In this document: positions 15,266 to 25,441 of the stretch, piece after piece
How positions within the stretch are numbered: position 1 is the first letter of the stretch
Layout of the letters: each line of letters opens with the position of its first letter
Origin: an uncultured Candidatus Saccharibacteria bacterium
Lineage (GTDB): Bacteria; Patescibacteriota; Minisyncoccia; Minisyncoccales; UBA10102
NCBI GenBank assembly: GCA_964479725.1
Contig: CAYZNF010000004.1
Coordinates: 12,002-76,001, forward strand
Direction: 5' to 3'
Length of the DNA: 64,000 nucleotides
The notes under the pieces: model-generated
Told to the model about the DNA's origin: nothing
The model's database searches: none
The model's input: the letters and a program-made list of their open reading frames with translations, nothing else
Position numbers and translations under genes: made by a program

Positions 15266-17205
15266 AAAAGTATTTCTTGTTGGGGTTGCGAGGGCGGAGC
15301 AAAAAAAGGCAAAACTTTTACCATAAAGTCGTGCCAAATGGGGGCGGCCAATTCTATGCCTGGCCCCCTGCGTATGGGATCGTTATTGTTATTTCCCGTC
15401 CAGACCCCCGCCACAATTTGCGGGGTGTATCCTACTGTCCAGGCGTCCCTGTATTCTTGGGTTGTGCCGGTTTTTACCGCGACATTGTAGCCAGGGATAA
15501 CCAGAGAAGAATTGTATCCAAATACCGGCGCCCTGGCATTGTTGTCTGACAGTATGCTGGTTATTGTGCGGGCCACTTCCGGCGCGAGAACAGTGGCCGA
15601 TGTTTTGCTGTTTTGGTCTATTACACTTCCCGATTGATCAACGATTTTCATTATTGCAACAGGAGGAACTCTTCTGCCATCTGTTGCAAACACGCCGTAG
15701 GCAGAAGCCATATCCAAAAGACGCACCTCTCCGCCGCCCAGCACAAGGGATGGGCCGTAAAAAGAAGGTTCCCTGTTGAGGGTGGTAATCCCCATGTCTT
15801 TGGCTGTTTGGATGCTTTCCGGGATTCCTGCCATCTCTATCATTACCGTAACCGCAGGGATGTTAAGGGATTGAGCCAGCGCGCTCCGCAAAGAAACGGG
15901 CCCCCTAAAATTGCCGTCATAGTTTTGGGGGATATATTCTTTTCCTCCCCATATTCCAAAATTCTTCAATTCGTCTATGACTATGGTTTCATCCGACACG
16001 CCTTTTTTGAATGCCGTAGCATACACAAACGGCTTGAACGTAGATCCGGGCTGTCTTCCCGGGTAGCTTGTTACCACGTTAACCTTGGGGTCGAAAAGAC
16101 AGGTTTTTCCAGAGATGCAATCTTGAGGAAAAGACTGGGGAGCATGCCAATCTTTTGATCCCACCATTGCCAGGATTTCTCCGCTATTGGGGTCTATGGC
16201 CACGATAGCGGAATTGTTGGCGTTATGGCTTGCGTTTTGTTTTGCGAATTTTGTTATTGCCTCTTCGGCGGCTTTTTGGACTTTCCAGTCAAGGGTGGTA
16301 TATACTTTGAATCCGTTTTTCCTTACATAGTCTTCACTATATTTTGAAAACAATTGCTCCATCACGTACAAGGAAAAGTGAGGAGCTTTGATATTTGTAA
16401 GGTTTGCCGCGGCAAATTTAATTTCTTTTGCTTTTGCCGTTTCAGCTTCTTGTTTGGTAATGAATCCCAGCTCTTCCATGCGGCCCAGTACATAATTTTT
16501 CCTGTTAAACAAGGCTTCTTTGTGGGTGCCAAAGGGCGAGTAGTATGTAGGAGCCTGGATCATTGCGGCCAGGACGGCGGATTCTGGAAGCGTCAGCTCT
16601 TGCACCGGCTTGCCAAAATATATTGGCGAAGCCGCTCCCACGCCATAAAGGTTGGCGCCAAGCGGCACTTGGTTTAGGTAAAATCCGAGCAGTTCGTCTT
16701 TCGTGTATCTTCGCTCGAGCTCAATAGTAATCATGAGCTCCTTAATTTTTCTCTCCACTGTTTTTTCTCGGGAAAGGAAAACGGTTCTTACGAGCTGTTG
16801 GGTAATAGTAGAACCGCCCTGGGCAGCTGATCTGCGCCATATGTTTGTAACAACCGCGCGTGTCATGCCGCGCACGTCAACGCCGGGATGTTTATAAAAT
16901 TCATCGTCCTCGGTGGCAATAACCGCCCTTTGGAGGGCTAAGGGTATTTCAGAAAGCGGAGTGGGTTCGCGGCGCTCTTCCTCGTATAATTCGTACAAGA
17001 GCACGGTTCCGGTGCGGTCGTATATTTGGGTTGGCTTGGAAAATGCCGCTTCTGTGTAGCGTTCGGGCCGGGGAAGGTCTTTGGCGTAATAGAAAAACAG
17101 CAATGCCACTGCCGCGCTTCCAAGGAAAAACAAGGCGAAGCTTATTTTCAACGCCCACAAAAAAACCGTTTTTAGTTTGCCAAAACGAGATTTCATTGTA
17201 CACAT
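15262..17205 (-). CDS. Bifunctional class A penicillin-binding protein (glycosyltransferase 51 + transpeptidase)
   Basis: ATEDDEFYKHPGVDVRG and GGSTITQQLVR (GT51 motifs), then STFKPFVY (SxxK) and KTGTT (KTG). An alternative start three codons in is possible. Confidence 0.85.
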   Translation of the reverse strand: MCTMKSRFGKLKTVFLWALKISFALFFLGSAAVALLFFYYAKDLPRPERYTEAAFSKPTQIYDRTGTVLLYELYEEERREPTPLSEIPLALQRAVIATEDDEFYKHPGVDVRGMTRAVVTNIWRRSAAQGGSTITQQLVRTVFLSREKTVERKIKELMITIELERRYTKDELLGFYLNQVPLGANLYGVGAASPIYFGKPVQELTLPESAVLAAMIQAPTYYSPFGTHKEALFNRKNYVLGRMEELGFITKQEAETAKAKEIKFAAANLTNIKAPHFSLYVMEQLFSKYSEDYVRKNGFKVYTTLDWKVQKAAEEAITKFAKQNASHNANNSAIVAIDPNSGEILAMVGSKDWHAPQSFPQDCISGKTCLFDPKVNVVTSYPGRQPGSTFKPFVYATAFKKGVSDETIVIDELKNFGIWGGKEYIPQNYDGNFRGPVSLRSALAQSLNIPAVTVMIEMAGIPESIQTAKDMGITTLNREPSFYGPSLVLGGGEVRLLDMASAYGVFATDGRRVPPVAIMKIVDQSGSVIDQNSKTSATVLAPEVARTITSILSDNNARAPVFGYNSSLVIPGYNVAVKTGTTQEYRDAWTVGYTPQIVAGVWTGNNNNDPIRRGPGIELAAPIWHDFMVKVLPFFAPPSQPQQEILF

Positions 17206-17284
17206 AATGTAGCATCTTTCGGGTCTCCCAGCAACCTGCTACAATACACCAAAGACGGCCCACTTCTTTAAAAGATTACATTAT

Positions 17285-17665
17285 ATGCAATCAGATCCAG
17301 AAAAAAAATCGTTTGACGGGCAGGAGGGAAAGGACGTGTTTTTACCCGAAACAGAGGCGGTCAGGGAAGAAAAAAGCCAAGAAGAAAAAGAGGCTCCTTT
17401 TGATCGGGACACAACAAGAGAGAAGTTGGAGGAGGCGGTGCGCGCTTTAGATCAAAACCCGGCCGCGGTAGAGGAGGCAAGAAAAAGAGCTGCGGCAATG
17501 CCGGCCGCGACCCCGGCAAAAACCGTTGATAATTTAGTTGCCGCCGCAAAAGAAAAGGGAGTTGTTTTTGCTGTGCGCATCGCAAAAGAAATAAACGACC
17601 CCTTTATTCTTGACGCCCTCCACGATAGGCTTATCCAAGAGGGCATGCTAAAAGATTTTTCATAA
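17285..17665 (+). CDS. Hypothetical acidic protein (126 aa)
   Basis: Clean ORF 8 nt upstream of the coupling-ATPase-like gene. I recognise no motif. Confidence 0.45.
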   Translation: MQSDPEKKSFDGQEGKDVFLPETEAVREEKSQEEKEAPFDRDTTREKLEEAVRALDQNPAAVEEARKRAAAMPAATPAKTVDNLVAAAKEKGVVFAVRIAKEINDPFILDALHDRLIQEGMLKDFS

Positions 17666-17673
17666 GAGTTTCC

Positions 17674-20130
17674 ATGCCATTTTACATTGTATTGTCCGCG
17701 TTTCTCCTGGTTTCTTTCGGCGTACTTTTATTTTTGTATATAAAACAAAAGGAAAAAAAGAGCTTGCTCTCAAGCCTTAATACCTCCCTTTTTTTGGTAT
17801 TGATGCCAAAGTATGAAGCAAAACAAGAAGGCGCCGCGCAAAAAGACGAAAAGGCCCTGGTAGCGCAAATGGAGCAATTCTACTTAAGCTTTTTGCATTT
17901 GCGAGGGCCCGGTTTTTTTCAGTCGTTATTTGCTCCCCCTCCGAGCATAACCCTGGAGATTGCTTCCCGGATTGGAGGCTCCGACATTTCGTTTTACGTT
18001 GCCGTGCCGCGGTTTCTCCAAGGAGCTTTTGAAAAATATGTGCAAGGAGTATATCCGAAGGCGGTTGTGGAAAAAATCCCGCAGGATTATACGGTATTTG
18101 AACCTGGAGGAGCTTCTGCCGGAGGAGTAGTGCGCTTGAGAAATACCCCATTTTTCCCCATTGCGACGTATAAGTCTTTGGAGCAGGACCCTTTGGGCGC
18201 CTTGACAAATGCCTTGAGCAAGATACAGCCAGACGAAGGCGCGGCCCTGCAGGTTGTTATTAGGCCTGTTTCTAAAGGGCATTGGCGAGGATACGGAGAA
18301 AACGTAATAAAGCACATTCGCGAAGGAAAACCGCTAAAACAGGCTCTGGCAGACAGCATGAGGGGGCCGCTGGCTCAAATGGCCCTGGACGTATTCAATG
18401 GTTTAACCCAGGGCAATTCTTCTGAAAAGAAACAGCAAGAGCAGACCATGGAAGCTGAAAAGAAAAAGAAAGAAGACCAGGCGGGGGACGATCAGATCGT
18501 GGAAGCAATACGCCAAAAAACTCAAAAAGAAGTTTTTGACGTAAATATTCGTATCATAGTTTCGGCGCAAACCCAAGCGCGAGCCGAAGAAATTTTCGGA
18601 CACTTTGAAGGAGCATTCGGGCAGTTCTCCAGGCCTCCGCTCAATAATTTTGAAATTGTAAAACTGCGAAAAAAGAGCCTCAAAAAACTTATCTACGATT
18701 TCAGTTTTCGCAATTTCAGCAATGCCTATCGAAATATTCTCAATACAGAAGAGCTAGCAAGCATTTACCATTTCCCAACCAAATTCACGGAAACCCCTTA
18801 CATTAAATCCGCCAAAGGAAGCGCCGCCGCTCCGCCGGCAAATCTTCCCGCCGCGGGGCCGGTTGTTTTGGGGGTTTCAAAATTTCGCGGGGAGGAGAGA
18901 AAAGTATTCTTTGCTTCGCGGGGCGACAGAAGAAGGCATTTTTATGTTGTGGGGCAAACCGGAACAGGTAAAACAAGCATGCTCCAGGAAATGATCCGCC
19001 AGGATATTGAGAACGGCGAGGGCGTTGGCGTAGTTGATCCGCACGGGGAATTGGTAGAAGCGGCATTGGCATGTGTGCCAAAGGATCGCGTGAAGGATGT
19101 GGTGTTGTTTGAGCCGTTTGATTTGGAGCGGCCGTCGGGCTTAAACATGCTTGAGTACGATACTCCCGAGCAAAAGGATTTCGCGGTTCAGGAAATGATA
19201 ACCATTTTCCATAAACTTTTTCCTCCCGAAATCATCGGTCCCATGTTTGAGCATAATATGAGAAATGCTTTGCTGGCCCTTATGGCAGATCACGACAACC
19301 CCGGCACTCTTGCTGAAATCCCCCGTATTTTTACGGATGATGAGTTTTTGCAGGCCAAACTGCAAAAGGTGGCAGACCCTATGGTGCGCAACTTTTGGCT
19401 CAAGGAATGGAAACAGCTTACCGGCTCCACAAAATCTGATATGCTGGGGTATATTGTTTCGAAGGTTGGCAGGTTTGTTGAAAACGACATGATGCGCAAT
19501 ATCATTGGCCAATCTCATTCAAGCTTCAATTTGGAAGCTGTCATGGACGAAAAGAAAATCTTTTTGGCCAATCTATCCAAAGGAATGACTGGCGAAGTTA
19601 ACAGCTCTCTTCTCGGACTTATTTTAGTGTCAAAAATGCAAATGGCCGCAATGAAGCGAGCTCGTATTGCCGAGGAGGACCGCCAGGATTTTTATTTGTA
19701 CATAGACGAATTCCAAAACTTTACCACGGACAGTATTGCCGTTATACTTTCCGAGGCGAGAAAATACCGCCTAAGCCTTATTATGGCCCACCAGTACATT
19801 CCCCAGCTTACGAATGAAATAAAAAATGCGGTCTTGGGAAATGCCGGAACCATAGGAGCCTTCAGGGTGGGCGCCGAAGACGCGGAATTTTTGGAAAAGC
19901 ATTTTACTCCCGAGTTCTCGAAGTTTGACTTGATGAATCTCGACAATTTCAATTTGGCCGTAAAAATGCTAATCAATAATATGGTGTCCTCGGCGTTCCA
20001 AATCCAAACCCTTCCTCCGCAAAAGGGCAACAAAGAAATGGTGGAACCTATAAAAAATATTTCAAAGCTCAAGTACGGAAGAAAGCGTTTCATAGTCGAA
20101 AGCGAAATTTTAGAAAGGGCTAAATTGTGA
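17674..20130 (+). CDS. VirD4/TraD/TraG-like type IV coupling-protein-family ATPase (818 aa)
   Basis: N-terminal TM helix (FYIVLSAFLLVSFGVLLFLYI), Walker A VVGQTGTGKTS, Walker B FYLYIDEFQNF, then ILSEARKYRLSLIMAHQY, which is typical of the TraD/VirD4 C-terminal region. Confidence 0.65.
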   Translation: MPFYIVLSAFLLVSFGVLLFLYIKQKEKKSLLSSLNTSLFLVLMPKYEAKQEGAAQKDEKALVAQMEQFYLSFLHLRGPGFFQSLFAPPPSITLEIASRIGGSDISFYVAVPRFLQGAFEKYVQGVYPKAVVEKIPQDYTVFEPGGASAGGVVRLRNTPFFPIATYKSLEQDPLGALTNALSKIQPDEGAALQVVIRPVSKGHWRGYGENVIKHIREGKPLKQALADSMRGPLAQMALDVFNGLTQGNSSEKKQQEQTMEAEKKKKEDQAGDDQIVEAIRQKTQKEVFDVNIRIIVSAQTQARAEEIFGHFEGAFGQFSRPPLNNFEIVKLRKKSLKKLIYDFSFRNFSNAYRNILNTEELASIYHFPTKFTETPYIKSAKGSAAAPPANLPAAGPVVLGVSKFRGEERKVFFASRGDRRRHFYVVGQTGTGKTSMLQEMIRQDIENGEGVGVVDPHGELVEAALACVPKDRVKDVVLFEPFDLERPSGLNMLEYDTPEQKDFAVQEMITIFHKLFPPEIIGPMFEHNMRNALLALMADHDNPGTLAEIPRIFTDDEFLQAKLQKVADPMVRNFWLKEWKQLTGSTKSDMLGYIVSKVGRFVENDMMRNIIGQSHSSFNLEAVMDEKKIFLANLSKGMTGEVNSSLLGLILVSKMQMAAMKRARIAEEDRQDFYLYIDEFQNFTTDSIAVILSEARKYRLSLIMAHQYIPQLTNEIKNAVLGNAGTIGAFRVGAEDAEFLEKHFTPEFSKFDLMNLDNFNLAVKMLINNMVSSAFQIQTLPPQKGNKEMVEPIKNISKLKYGRKRFIVESEILERAKL

Positions 20131-20137
20131 TTTAAAT

Positions 20138-22507
20138 ATGCCAAAACGTAGAAGGGGTCCTGAAGACCAAGGGGGAGACCGTGGTCAAACAAAAGATCTA
20201 AAAGATCTAAGAGAACTAGATGCTTTTGTAGGAGAGTTTCCACCCGCTACAGAGAACCCGGGCGATGATCCTGGCCGAGAAAATCCGAGAGAGGCCGGGG
20301 ATAAAGATGTAGATAGAGTGGTCGATGCTGTTGTAGAGTCAAATGGCGGCGAAGGGGTTGCTGAAAACGAAATTGACAGAAGAATTGGTGTTGCGGCGAA
20401 TGAACTTCTAATGCAAAAAGGCAAGCCCCGTTACTCTCAAGCTCAAGCAGAGACATGGATGAGGGGCATGTCAGAAAGACAAAGAATAGAATTTGCGCGG
20501 AGAATGAGGAATATTCTAGAGCAAAAACCCGTCGTACCCAAGAGAGAGCCTGCTTCTCCCCCAAAAAAAGTAGAGAAAAGAGACGATGTCGCGGAAGGCG
20601 GGGCAAAAGGAATGAGGAGATTGGAAAGCGATGCGGTTAACGCCTATTATCAAAAAAAGCTGGCAGGGGGTACTCAAGAAGAGTTGGATGCGATTTTAGC
20701 GCAATTTGGCGGACAAGGAGTTGCTTCTGCCGTCCTGAACACTATTCCTGGGCGCGTAGACAGGCTTATCGTCCCGGCCGAAGGCGGCAAGGCTCCAGTG
20801 GGCAGGCAAAAAGACGCAAGCGATGACGAAAGAAATAAAAGAGAACGGCGGGAAAAGTCTCCCGAGGGAAGGACAATAGAAGAAAAAGCGATTGCCTTGC
20901 GAAGGGTGCGCGATGGAAAATTGCGTGAGATTGCTAATGCTCTGTCCGGTAATAGAATTGACGAAGACCAAGCCGCACAAACACGAAGGCAGATTGAAAA
21001 AGAATATCAAGAAGCTATGGGGTTATTGGGGCCAGAAGCGCAGAAGTTTCTTTCTAGAGAGACAATATCTCCGACCGTTGCCAGTGCGGATGTAAGGATT
21101 GGCAGTGGCGAGAGACAAAGAAGTCCCGAAAGAAGGAAGGAGATAGTTGTTGAGGGAGAAAAGGAAAGGGAAAAAGAAAGAAAGAGAAAATTCGAGGAAA
21201 GATGGAACGCGACCGGGAAAAGATTTAATGCGGAAAAATTTAGAATTAATCCTGACACCGTAAAGGAGATGAAAGGGCTCATAGAGGAGGTCCAGCAGAT
21301 TTTTGTGGCGGAAGAAGGCAGAAAATTTATTTCAAAAAACAAAAAAGAATTTGCCTCGGTCATAGGAGATGTTGACCCAAACGAACTTGATGGGGATCGT
21401 GTGTGGGAGCTGGTATGGAACAGACAAGACTTTAGGGGGCAAATCGAAGGAAGCTTGAAATGGAACCAGTTGGACGGTTTGAGAGATATGCTGGGAAAGT
21501 ACAGCAAGGGAGATCTTCCTCCGGAAGTAAGGGTTCTGTTGTTTAAGGAGCTTTCGCGGGCGCAGGGAGTAAGACAAGAGGTTTTGGTGGAGTTGTGGGA
21601 AAAAATTGAAGGCAGGAAACTTGACGAGCAGGCCCGACAGGGATTGGGTACTCCAGAAGACTATATGCAAGTACGACAGCAGGAAATTTTGGTTAGCCAA
21701 AAATTGGCGGAAAGGAGAACTAAGATTCTTGTTGATCATGCCATAGCAATGGGGGGAACGGGACACGTGCTTAGCTTGGATGAGAGCGAAATGCAGAGGA
21801 TTGCCGACGATTTGGCTCAAGTCTTTAAGGGAGAGGCGTATATTAATCAAGACGCTCTATACGCTCTTCTTGAGCAAGGTTACAATATCAGAGAGACTAA
21901 AAAGAAGACGGGTGCGTTTTGGATATTTGGAGCCGGAGACGTAAAGCTGAAGAATAGGAATGGAGAGACAAAAATTATTAAGGCAAAAGAAGTGCGAGTA
22001 TTCTTTAGCGGGTTAAACGAAAAACTGGCAAACGAAACTGCGAAAGAGGTGCAGGCCATTCTTTCTGAAGAATGGAAAGGAAGGTTTGAAGCAAACAAGG
22101 CCTCCCTTATTTCGGCTATGGCCGAGAGAATGCCAGAAAGTATAGTGGCCGAGATATACAGCAAAGTCAGGGAAGAGCTTGAGGCGGACTTTCTGCGCCA
22201 GTACGCCGAGGAAAAAAAGAAAAAAGGGCCAGGCCAAAAATTAGAGCAGCGTCTCAAAGCAGAAGGAAAAGATTTGGGAGCTCTAGCGGAAAAAGCTCTT
22301 GAGCTTTCAGGACAGGATTTAAGCGAAGAAGATCAAGAAGAAGCGATTAGGGGGTTGATGGGCGAATTTGGTTTTGGCGTGGATGATGCGGCGTGGGGCG
22401 CAGTTAAAGGAGGAAGGCAATATGCTACTTTGAAACAGTACGCGGCAAAAGGAAAAATGGGATGGTTCGACGGGCTGTTAAAGTTCTTTGATTCCTTTGT
22501 AAAATAA
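20138..22507 (+). CDS. Hypothetical large, highly charged protein (789 aa)
   Basis: The ORF starts 7 nt after the coupling-ATPase stop. The N-terminal ~350 aa are K/E/R/D-rich and look low-complexity; the C-terminal ~430 aa are more ordered. I recognise no family. Confidence 0.55.
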   Translation: MPKRRRGPEDQGGDRGQTKDLKDLRELDAFVGEFPPATENPGDDPGRENPREAGDKDVDRVVDAVVESNGGEGVAENEIDRRIGVAANELLMQKGKPRYSQAQAETWMRGMSERQRIEFARRMRNILEQKPVVPKREPASPPKKVEKRDDVAEGGAKGMRRLESDAVNAYYQKKLAGGTQEELDAILAQFGGQGVASAVLNTIPGRVDRLIVPAEGGKAPVGRQKDASDDERNKRERREKSPEGRTIEEKAIALRRVRDGKLREIANALSGNRIDEDQAAQTRRQIEKEYQEAMGLLGPEAQKFLSRETISPTVASADVRIGSGERQRSPERRKEIVVEGEKEREKERKRKFEERWNATGKRFNAEKFRINPDTVKEMKGLIEEVQQIFVAEEGRKFISKNKKEFASVIGDVDPNELDGDRVWELVWNRQDFRGQIEGSLKWNQLDGLRDMLGKYSKGDLPPEVRVLLFKELSRAQGVRQEVLVELWEKIEGRKLDEQARQGLGTPEDYMQVRQQEILVSQKLAERRTKILVDHAIAMGGTGHVLSLDESEMQRIADDLAQVFKGEAYINQDALYALLEQGYNIRETKKKTGAFWIFGAGDVKLKNRNGETKIIKAKEVRVFFSGLNEKLANETAKEVQAILSEEWKGRFEANKASLISAMAERMPESIVAEIYSKVREELEADFLRQYAEEKKKKGPGQKLEQRLKAEGKDLGALAEKALELSGQDLSEEDQEEAIRGLMGEFGFGVDDAAWGAVKGGRQYATLKQYAAKGKMGWFDGLLKFFDSFVK

Positions 22508-22516
22508 TCAACCACA

Positions 22517-22747
22517 ATGAACCCATTTCTTACAGACAAGTCTCTTAGCCAATTTCTACGGAAAGCGAATATAAGTCAAAAGACGAAAGATTTTTTTCTT
22601 GCCGAACTGCCGGCAATGGATGAAGAGAACAGGGCTTCTCTTGCCAGGTTTCTTGCTGAAATTACTTTCTTAGACGACGAGGAAAAGGAAGCTGTTTTGC
22701 GTGTGAAAAATTTTCAGAAAAGCGGAAGCTTCTTTGGGGCAGTTTGA
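22517..22747 (+). CDS. Hypothetical small protein (76 aa)
   Basis: ORF 9 nt after the previous stop: MNPFLTDKSLSQFLRKANISQKTKDFFLAELPAMDEENRASLARFLAEITFLDDEEKE. Confidence 0.4.
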   Translation: MNPFLTDKSLSQFLRKANISQKTKDFFLAELPAMDEENRASLARFLAEITFLDDEEKEAVLRVKNFQKSGSFFGAV

Positions 22748-22780
22748 GAAAAACGGATCTTTCAGGTAAGATGGTGGTTA

Positions 22781-23956
22781 TTGGCTATGGCAAAAAGTTC
22801 TATACAAGACACGCTTTCGCGGCAAGTCGCAGAAATTCTTCCGGGCAAGGAGGGACTGGAAAAGCTGATGCGAAAGAAAAAGATACGGTTGTATTTGGGG
22901 ATAGACCCGACTTCCCCATTTTTGCATTTGGGGCACGCCGTAATTTTAAGGAAGCTCCGGCAGTTCCAGGATTTGGGGCACGAGGTTGTTTTGCTGTTTG
23001 GGACATTTACCGCGAAAATAGGAGACCCTTCGGGAAAGGATAAACGCAGGGAACCCCTGTCCGATGCCCAAATAAAACAAAACATGGCAACTTACAAAAA
23101 CCAGGCCGCAAAAATTTTGGATATTTCAAAAGTTACCATACGTAAAAACGGGGAGTGGCTTGACAAAATGAAGTTTGACGATGTCTTGCGTCTTACTTCC
23201 CAGGTAACCGTGAGCCAATTGCTTGAGCGCGACATGTTCCAGCAGAGAATTAAGGAAGGAAACGAGATTTGGACGCACGAGCTTTTGTATCCTCTAATGC
23301 AAGGGTATGATTCCGTGGCAATGGATGTTGACCTGGAGGTTGGCGGAACCGACCAAACGTTTAACATGCTAGTGGGAAGGAAGCTCCAGAAGACCTACAA
23401 CAACAAGGAAAAATACGTGCTTACCGTCCCATTGCTTTTGGGTTTGGACGGCAGGAAAATGAGCAAGAGTTTGGGGAATACCGTGAACATCCTTGATTCT
23501 CCCAAAGATATGTACGGGAAAATCATGAGCCTTCAGGATAATCTTGTTGTCCACTACTTTGAAATGTGCACCAATGTTGCGGCAGAGAAGGTGGCGGCAA
23601 TAGAAAAAGGAATGAAGCCGAGGGACATGAAAGCAGCCCTGGCCAGGGAAATTGTCGGTTTGTATTACGGAGCAAAAGAAGCAAACGCGGCAGAGGAGGA
23701 GTTTAATAATGTATTCCGCGAGAAACAGACTCCCTCTGAAGTGACGGAAATTAAATTGTCCGAAAAAGAGCTTTCTTTGGTGGACTTGTTGATAAAGACA
23801 GGATTGGCCAAAAGCAAGTCAGAAGCAAGAAGACTCATAGAACAAGGAGGGATGAAAATAAATAACCAGGTGCAAGAAGACGCAAATCGGGTGGTTTCTA
23901 TAGCAAGCGGAATGGTAGTGCAGGCGGGAAAGAGGCGATTTGTAAAAATAACGTAA
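22781..23956 (+). CDS. tyrS: Tyrosine--tRNA ligase
   Basis: HIGH-type motif FLHLGHAV, KMSKS present, GDPSGK, and a C-terminal S4-like LVDLLIKTGLAKSKSEARRLIEQGGMKINNQ. Confidence 0.85.
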   Translation: MAMAKSSIQDTLSRQVAEILPGKEGLEKLMRKKKIRLYLGIDPTSPFLHLGHAVILRKLRQFQDLGHEVVLLFGTFTAKIGDPSGKDKRREPLSDAQIKQNMATYKNQAAKILDISKVTIRKNGEWLDKMKFDDVLRLTSQVTVSQLLERDMFQQRIKEGNEIWTHELLYPLMQGYDSVAMDVDLEVGGTDQTFNMLVGRKLQKTYNNKEKYVLTVPLLLGLDGRKMSKSLGNTVNILDSPKDMYGKIMSLQDNLVVHYFEMCTNVAAEKVAAIEKGMKPRDMKAALAREIVGLYYGAKEANAAEEEFNNVFREKQTPSEVTEIKLSEKELSLVDLLIKTGLAKSKSEARRLIEQGGMKINNQVQEDANRVVSIASGMVVQAGKRRFVKIT

Positions 23957-23960
23957 AAAA

Positions 23961-23988
23961 GACCCTGCTCTCTGGGCAGGGTCTTTTT
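23961..23988. terminator. Rho-independent terminator after tyrS (A-run upstream, T-run downstream, so usable in both directions)
   Basis: aaaaaa-gaccctgc-tctctg-gcagggtc-tttttt. Confidence 0.75.
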
Positions 23989-24194
23989 TGGTTTATTCAG
24001 TTTCTATTCCCACTTCTTTTTCGTCGTTGTCGTCTCCCTGTTTTGCGGGAGCCGTTTCTTCTGGTGTTTCTTCTTCTGGAGTTGCTATCTCATCTTGGGC
24101 AAAAATAGTTTCGAATGTCATATGCGTAAAATTTATACTTTTATACGGCAACGACCTTTGGACTTGTTCATGGTAGTCTTTTAGAATTGACGTG

Positions 24195-24704
24195 TCAACC
24201 CTTAAAGAGCAGATTGTGCACAGAAAGGCCGCAGGCAATAGCCATTCCAAGGGCATCGGCGGCATCGTCTGGTTTTGGAATTTCTTTTAGGGCAAGTATT
24301 TCTTTTATCATCCGCTGGACCTGTTTTTTTTCGGCCTTGCCGTATCCCGTGATTGCCAGTTTCATTTGGGGCGGGGTAAATTCGAAAACGGGGATATTGT
24401 GTTTTGCGGCAGAAAGAAGGACAACGCCCCTTGCTTCACTTACCGCCATGACTGTTTTTTGATTTTTTGTAAAAAACAGGCGTTCAATCCCGATTGCTTC
24501 GGGCTTGTAGTTTGCGATAATCTTATTGAGATTTTTTTCTATGGCGGCCAGACGTTCTCCCGGCATTTCTGTTTTTAGTGTCCGAAATATGCCGTACTCT
24601 AAACAATCAAAAAGGGCATTTGGGTTTGTCCGTTTCCCTATAACGTATGACAACACCCCGTATCCCATGCGTTCGGTGCCAGGATCTATGCCAAGTACGG
24701 TCAT
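24195..24704 (-). CDS. ruvC: Holliday junction resolvase RuvC
   Basis: MTVLGIDPGTERMGYGVL... and ADALGMAIAC near the C-terminus. It lies next to yebC and ruvB. Confidence 0.85.
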   Translation of the reverse strand: MTVLGIDPGTERMGYGVLSYVIGKRTNPNALFDCLEYGIFRTLKTEMPGERLAAIEKNLNKIIANYKPEAIGIERLFFTKNQKTVMAVSEARGVVLLSAAKHNIPVFEFTPPQMKLAITGYGKAEKKQVQRMIKEILALKEIPKPDDAADALGMAIACGLSVHNLLFKG

Positions 24705-25432
24705 GCTTGAAGTTTGATGTTTGAATATATATCCTGCACATCATCTTGCTCGTCTAGGGCCTCGAAAAGGGCAAGCAGAGATTTGCCTTCGTCCCGACTC
24801 AAGGAAAGACGTTCTTTTGGCACCCAGTCCAGGGTTGCTGATTCAACGGCAAATCCCTTCTCTTGCAGAGAAATCTTGAGCTTATCCAGATCCGTTGGAG
24901 AGGAGTAGGCATCTGCCTTGTCTTGTTCTTGCCAGTAGATGTCTTCGGCTCCTGCCTCAATAAGCGACAGCTCTATATCTTCCTTTGAAAGGGAGGATTG
25001 TGCGAGGTTTAGGGTTATGACTCCTTTTCTTTCAAACATCCAGCGCACCGCCCCTCCTTCCGCTATTTTTCCATTATATTTCGCGATAATCTGTTTAATT
25101 TCCCCAATTGTTCGGTTTTTGTTGTCCGTAATGGCTGAAACAATCAAGGCGCTGTTTGAGGGGCCGTATGCTTCCACAAGAATTTCCTCCAGCTGGGCCC
25201 CTGCTTCTTCGCCCGACCCCTTTTTTATTGCTTTTGCAATATTATCCGAAGGCATGTTTGCTTCCTTGGCTTTTTCTACCACAGAACGCAATCGCGGATT
25301 TGCGGCAATATCTCCGCCCGATCGCGCGGCCATGCTAATCTCTTTTGAGATTCTCGAAAAAAGCTTGCTGCGTTTGGCATCAGCGATTCCTTTTTGGTGT
25401 TTGATTCCTGCCCAATGGCTGTGTCCTGACAT
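24701..25432 (-). CDS. yebC: YebC/PmpR family DNA-binding regulator
   Basis: MSGHSHWAGIKHQKGIADAKRSKLFSRISKEI is the family signature N-terminus. Confidence 0.9.
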   Translation of the reverse strand: MSGHSHWAGIKHQKGIADAKRSKLFSRISKEISMAARSGGDIAANPRLRSVVEKAKEANMPSDNIAKAIKKGSGEEAGAQLEEILVEAYGPSNSALIVSAITDNKNRTIGEIKQIIAKYNGKIAEGGAVRWMFERKGVITLNLAQSSLSKEDIELSLIEAGAEDIYWQEQDKADAYSSPTDLDKLKISLQEKGFAVESATLDWVPKERLSLSRDEGKSLLALFEALDEQDDVQDIYSNIKLQA

Positions 25433-25441
25433 AGGGTGAAA

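Noticed and set aside
23993-24265. 90-aa minus-strand ORF; its 3' part (23993-24121) could encode a 42-aa acidic peptide (MTFETIFAQDEIATPEEETPEETAPAKQGDDNDEKEVGIETE)
   Set aside because: The 5' part overlaps ruvC in another frame. The short version has no SD and low-complexity acidic composition. The evidence is insufficient to call it.
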